Positions 58,437 through 64,000 of a stretch of 64,000 bases of DNA are shown here, in pieces. The notes under the pieces are model-generated. The model was not told where the DNA came from. It saw nothing but the letters and a program-made list of their open reading frames with translations, and searched no databases. How positions within the stretch are numbered: position 1 is the stretch's first letter; every line of letters begins with the position of its first letter. The translations under genes and the position numbers were made by a program. The DNA comes from an uncultured delta proteobacterium. GTDB taxonomy: Bacteria > Desulfobacterota > Syntrophorhabdia > Syntrophorhabdales > WCHB1-27. The stretch spans positions 321,981-385,980 of the forward strand of contig CAWIGL010000003.1 in assembly GCA_963835595.1 (NCBI GenBank), read 5' to 3'.

Positions 58437-59213
58437 TCATGTCATCAGCCGGGACAGCGGCGCCACGGCTATGCCTTCCTCGTCCATGAGGGTCCGGATC
58501 CTGCCGGCGGCGACGATGCTCTCCGCATTGTCGCCGTGAATGCAGAGCGTATCGACCTCCATGTCGATCCACCTGCCGCTCGCGCTCTCGATGCCCTTCC
58601 TGGCGGCCATCGTCACCGCCCTCCGCGCTATGGCCTCCGGGTCCTTGAGCACGGCCCCCTTGTGCTGCCGCCCCATCAGCTCGCCCTCGTCCGTATATAC
58701 CCTGTCGGGGAACGCCTCCAGCGCGATGCGCAAACCCTTCGCGGCGCCCGCCTTTTTCAGCGCGCCGCCGCTCGCCGTGCCGAGGGTGACGAAGATCACG
58801 CCTTTGAATGCCTTTTCTACGGCGGCGGCGAGGTCGAGGAGGTCGTTTTCGCGCCTGACCATGTTGTTGTAAAACTCGCCGTGCAGCTTGATGTGCTGGA
58901 GCGGACATCCGGCAGCGTCTAGGAAGGCCTTGAGCGCGCCGGTCTGGTAGAGCACGTAATTGATAAGCTCGCGGGCGCTCAATTCCATCGACCTGCGGCC
59001 GAAGCCGAGGAGGTCCGGGTATCCCGGATGGGCACCCACCATGACGCCGTGGGCTGCGCAGAGGGCGACGGTTGCCTCCATCCAGTTCGGGTCCGATGCG
59101 TGGAAGCCGCAGGCGAGGTTGGCGCTGGTGACGTGGCGGACCGCCTCGGCGTCATTGCCAATGCGGTAAACACCAAACGATTCGCCCATATCGCAGTTGA
59201 GGTCGATGGCCAT
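58437..59213 (-). CDS. pxpA: 5-oxoprolinase subunit A (LamB/YcsF)
   Basis: DLNCDMGESFG, ANLACGFHA, GAHPGYPD..GFGRR and TLCIHGD motifs. Confidence 0.93.
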   Translation of the reverse strand: MAIDLNCDMGESFGVYRIGNDAEAVRHVTSANLACGFHASDPNWMEATVALCAAHGVMVGAHPGYPDLLGFGRRSMELSARELINYVLYQTGALKAFLDAAGCPLQHIKLHGEFYNNMVRRENDLLDLAAAVEKAFKGVIFVTLGTASGGALKKAGAAKGLRIALEAFPDRVYTDEGELMGRQHKGAVLKDPEAIARRAVTMAARKGIESASGRWIDMEVDTLCIHGDNAESIVAAGRIRTLMDEEGIAVAPLSRLMT

Positions 59214-59319
59214 GTTTTGATATTAGCATAATGACGTGGGCCGGACAAGACTTATAGGGTACCCTGACAAATGAGGAAAGGGGTCTTATAATTCACTCAT
59301 TATCAGGAATGGTTCCAAA

Positions 59320-59782
59320 TTGGCGAGGGTCACGAAAGAATCAATCATACGAAAGCTGAAAGCGGAGGGATTGAAGCTCACCCCTCAGCGGCTGGCTATC
59401 ATCGAGGTGCTCATCGAGAAGCGGGACCTCCATCCCGGCGCCCGCTCCGTATACGAGGAAGCAAAGAAGAGAAAGAAAAGTCTGAGTCTATCGACCACCT
59501 ATGCGACGCTGAACGAGCCTCTCCCGTATGGGCATCATCAAGACACTTCAGTTTGATTCCATGGAGAACCGCTACGAGGGCAACCTCAAAGAACACCTCA
59601 ATCTGGTCTGCGAGCGCTGCGGTAAGATCCTCGACTACGAAGTACCTCCTGTTGCCGACCAGCAGGAGATAGCGAAGAAAACCGGCTTCTCGGTTACGGA
59701 TACCAGGCTGGAGTACTATGGGTATTGCAGGGACTGCCATACAAGAACAAAAGAAGGCGGAGGTAAAAAAGAGAATGACTGA
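59320..59782 (+). CDS. Fur-family (PerR-like) regulator; frameshift near 59518
   Basis: GLKLTPQRLAI, SLSTTYATL, then H.NLVCERCGKI...GYCRDC in another frame. Confidence 0.8.
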
Positions 59783-59867
59783 CGGCCCTATGCCTTTCTC
59801 GTCTTTTGGTATCGGTTTCGTTCATTAATCGGTAGGAGATGGGCAGCGAAACCACTATTATTCATAG

Positions 59868-62081
<2,214 letters not shown>

Positions 62082-62206
62082 TCATAGCATAAACGCCTTC
62101 GACGGCTTCCGGCAGGGCGGCAAAAAACGGTCAGCTAACATTCCGGTTCCAGCGTACGGCATATCGCCGCCGCTCAATTAGTATAAGAGGCCGCGCCTTC
62201 AGGCCG

Positions 62207-62941
62207 TTATCGGCCAGTAGGCGGCGGGGTTTCCCCGCCTTTCAGCAGGATTATCTCGATCCGCCTGTTGATCGCGCGGTTGCGGGGGGTGTCGTTGGCG
62301 GCGAGGGGGCGGTATTCGGCGTAGCCGGAGGCGGAGATGCGGTCGGGCGGGAAATCGTACTTCTCTATGAGATAGCGGACGACCTCGGTGGCCCTTCTCG
62401 CGGAAAGCTCCCAGTTGGTCTTGAATTCTTTCGTATTGATCGGCACGTTGTCCGTGTGCCCCTCGATCATCACGTGCCTCCTGCTCTTCTCTATCGTCGG
62501 CGCGATCCTCTTCAGCGCGCCTTTGGCCGCCTCCTTCAGCTCCGCTTTGCCCTCGTCGAAAAAGGCCGTATCCATGATGCGGACCACTATGCCCCGCTCG
62601 TCCTTGAAGACGGATATCTTGTGCGCTTCGTCTTTCGCTTCGGCGAGGGCGGCAAGCTCGTCCTCCAGCTCGCGCTCGATCTCCCCGCCCGCCGACGACT
62701 CGCCCTGGGCAGCGGCTGCGTTGGCCTGGGCGCTCTCGCCAGTCTTCAATACGGAGCGCCCCCCCTGGAATATGGTCTTCAGCCTGCCGGACAGCTCCTC
62801 ATACTTGCGGGCGTCCTGCTTGGAGAAGGTATAGAGCATGATGAAGAAGGCAAGGAGGAGCGTTATGAGGTCCGCATAGGTGATGATCCACCTGTCGAGG
62901 TTCTCCCGGTCGTCTTCGTTGCGTCTCCTTATCATGCTCAT
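62207..62941 (-). CDS. motB: Flagellar stator protein MotB
   Basis: WIITYADLITLLLAFF; OmpA-like IEGHTD, NWELSARRA, NRRIEI. Confidence 0.93.
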   Translation of the reverse strand: MSMIRRRNEDDRENLDRWIITYADLITLLLAFFIMLYTFSKQDARKYEELSGRLKTIFQGGRSVLKTGESAQANAAAAQGESSAGGEIERELEDELAALAEAKDEAHKISVFKDERGIVVRIMDTAFFDEGKAELKEAAKGALKRIAPTIEKSRRHVMIEGHTDNVPINTKEFKTNWELSARRATEVVRYLIEKYDFPPDRISASGYAEYRPLAANDTPRNRAINRRIEIILLKGGETPPPTGR

Positions 62942-63705
62942 AACGCCTCGCGCGGCCGCTGCTCGGGGAGCAGGAAGGAAAGGAGCTTCATCCTGATGAT
63001 CCTGGGGTTGTCCCCCATCGCCAGCGAGACGATGCCCTCGCTTATGATCTCAAGGTAGACGGCTTCGTCCTGGTGCTTTGCCCTGAGCTTGTCGGCCACC
63101 GGCAGGTAGACCAGGTTCGCCATCGCGACCCCCCAGAGGGTGGCTATGAAGGCGCTGGCGATGGCGGAGGCCATGTGGGAGGTGTCCTCCATGCTGCCGA
63201 GGGCGTGGATCAGGCCGAGGACCGTGCCTATGATGCCTAGGGTCGGCGAGAAGCCTCCCAGCTTCTGGAAGAACGCGGAGCCTATCTTGTGGCGCTCGTG
63301 CATATAGGACATCTCTATCTCTAATATTTCCCTGATCTTTGTCGTCTCGAAGCCGTCCACGGCGAGCTGGATGGCCTTACGGAGGAACGAGTCCCGGATC
63401 CCGGAAATCTCTTTCTCGAGGCTTAAAAGGCCGTTCTTCCGCGATTTCTGCGCAAGCCCGTGGATAAGCTCGATGAGCTGCCTTGCGTCGAGCTTCTTTT
63501 CGAGCATGACGATCCCGAGGAGCCTCGGCAGGTTGCGGAGCTGCCTGAAAGACGTGGTGACGATGGAAGCGCCGATGGTGCCCACGATAACGAGGATGAT
63601 CGCCGGCGCCTGGATCAGGGCGGACAGGCTGCCGCCTTCCATAGTGAATGAGACGAGCACCGCCCCTATTCCAAGGACCAGTCCGAATATGGTCGCTATA
63701 TCCAT
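62938..63705 (-). CDS. motA: Flagellar stator protein MotA
   Basis: GLLSLE, PTLGIIGTVLGLI and AFIATLWG motifs. Confidence 0.93.
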   Translation of the reverse strand: MDIATIFGLVLGIGAVLVSFTMEGGSLSALIQAPAIILVIVGTIGASIVTTSFRQLRNLPRLLGIVMLEKKLDARQLIELIHGLAQKSRKNGLLSLEKEISGIRDSFLRKAIQLAVDGFETTKIREILEIEMSYMHERHKIGSAFFQKLGGFSPTLGIIGTVLGLIHALGSMEDTSHMASAIASAFIATLWGVAMANLVYLPVADKLRAKHQDEAVYLEIISEGIVSLAMGDNPRIIRMKLLSFLLPEQRPREAL

Positions 63706-63730
63706 CGGTCTACCATAAATGAGGGGCGCG

Positions 63731-64000
63731 TCAGGACGTCCTGCGCATCCTCAGGTCCTCCCTCTCCTTCGAGAAGATATAGCAGACGAGCGCGTCGCGG
63801 TCTTTCTCGCTTATGGCGACAAAGCCTACGGCCGTCTCCCAGCCCTCTTCGCCCTCTTCGCCCTCTTTCGTGCACGGCTCGCTGCGGACTACCCTGCCCA
63901 GCGCCCTCACGCGGTAGTCGGGGTAGACGGGCAGGCAGACGCTCATCTCCAAGTATGCCCCTTTCCCCAGCCTGGCCGGCGTGGGGAACATCATCCCGGA
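63731..64000 (-). CDS. PilZ-domain protein, C-terminal part (truncated by window edge)
   Basis: ALGRVVR...TAVGFVAISEKDRDALVCYIF; upstream of motAB. Confidence 0.65.
   Translation of the reverse strand, partial: SGMMFPTPARLGKGAYLEMSVCLPVYPDYRVRALGRVVRSEPCTKEGEEGEEGWETAVGFVAISEKDRDALVCYIFSKEREDLRMRRTS

Overview
This 64-kb window is GC-rich chromosomal DNA from an anaerobic bacterium. Gene content and style suggest Desulfobacterota (Syntrophorhabdia/Syntrophia-like); this is an inference. Most of it is housekeeping or metabolic: a CoA-activase, corC/tlyC, smr, proC, pcm, fni, a DEAD-box helicase, nudC, a TRAP DctP, two M16 peptidases, hcp with a divergent HcpR-like regulator, split purH, purD, leuB, tRNA-Ile2, RNase HI, rnpB, mltD, def-fmt, msrB, a liv-type ABC transporter with pxpABC, a Fur/PerR regulator with katG, and motAB. 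Many conserved genes carry single-base frameshifts, probably from long-read assembly errors. The most interesting signal is non-coding. Five small toxin-antitoxin-type modules sit in mini-islands with no transposase or integrase, and several have structured borders. A 45-bp inverted repeat encloses an HTH-ImmA/IrrE + DUF4411 pair. A ~70-bp direct repeat of the corC promoter/5' end flanks a vapBC pair. GTCCCC/GACCCC motifs followed by short duplications sit at module junctions. Two islands share a diverged ~100-bp left-border segment. A family of REP/MITE-like palindromes with nested hairpins is also present. A candidate 6S-like structured RNA lies between purH and purD. All family names come from motif recognition by eye; no database searches were run.
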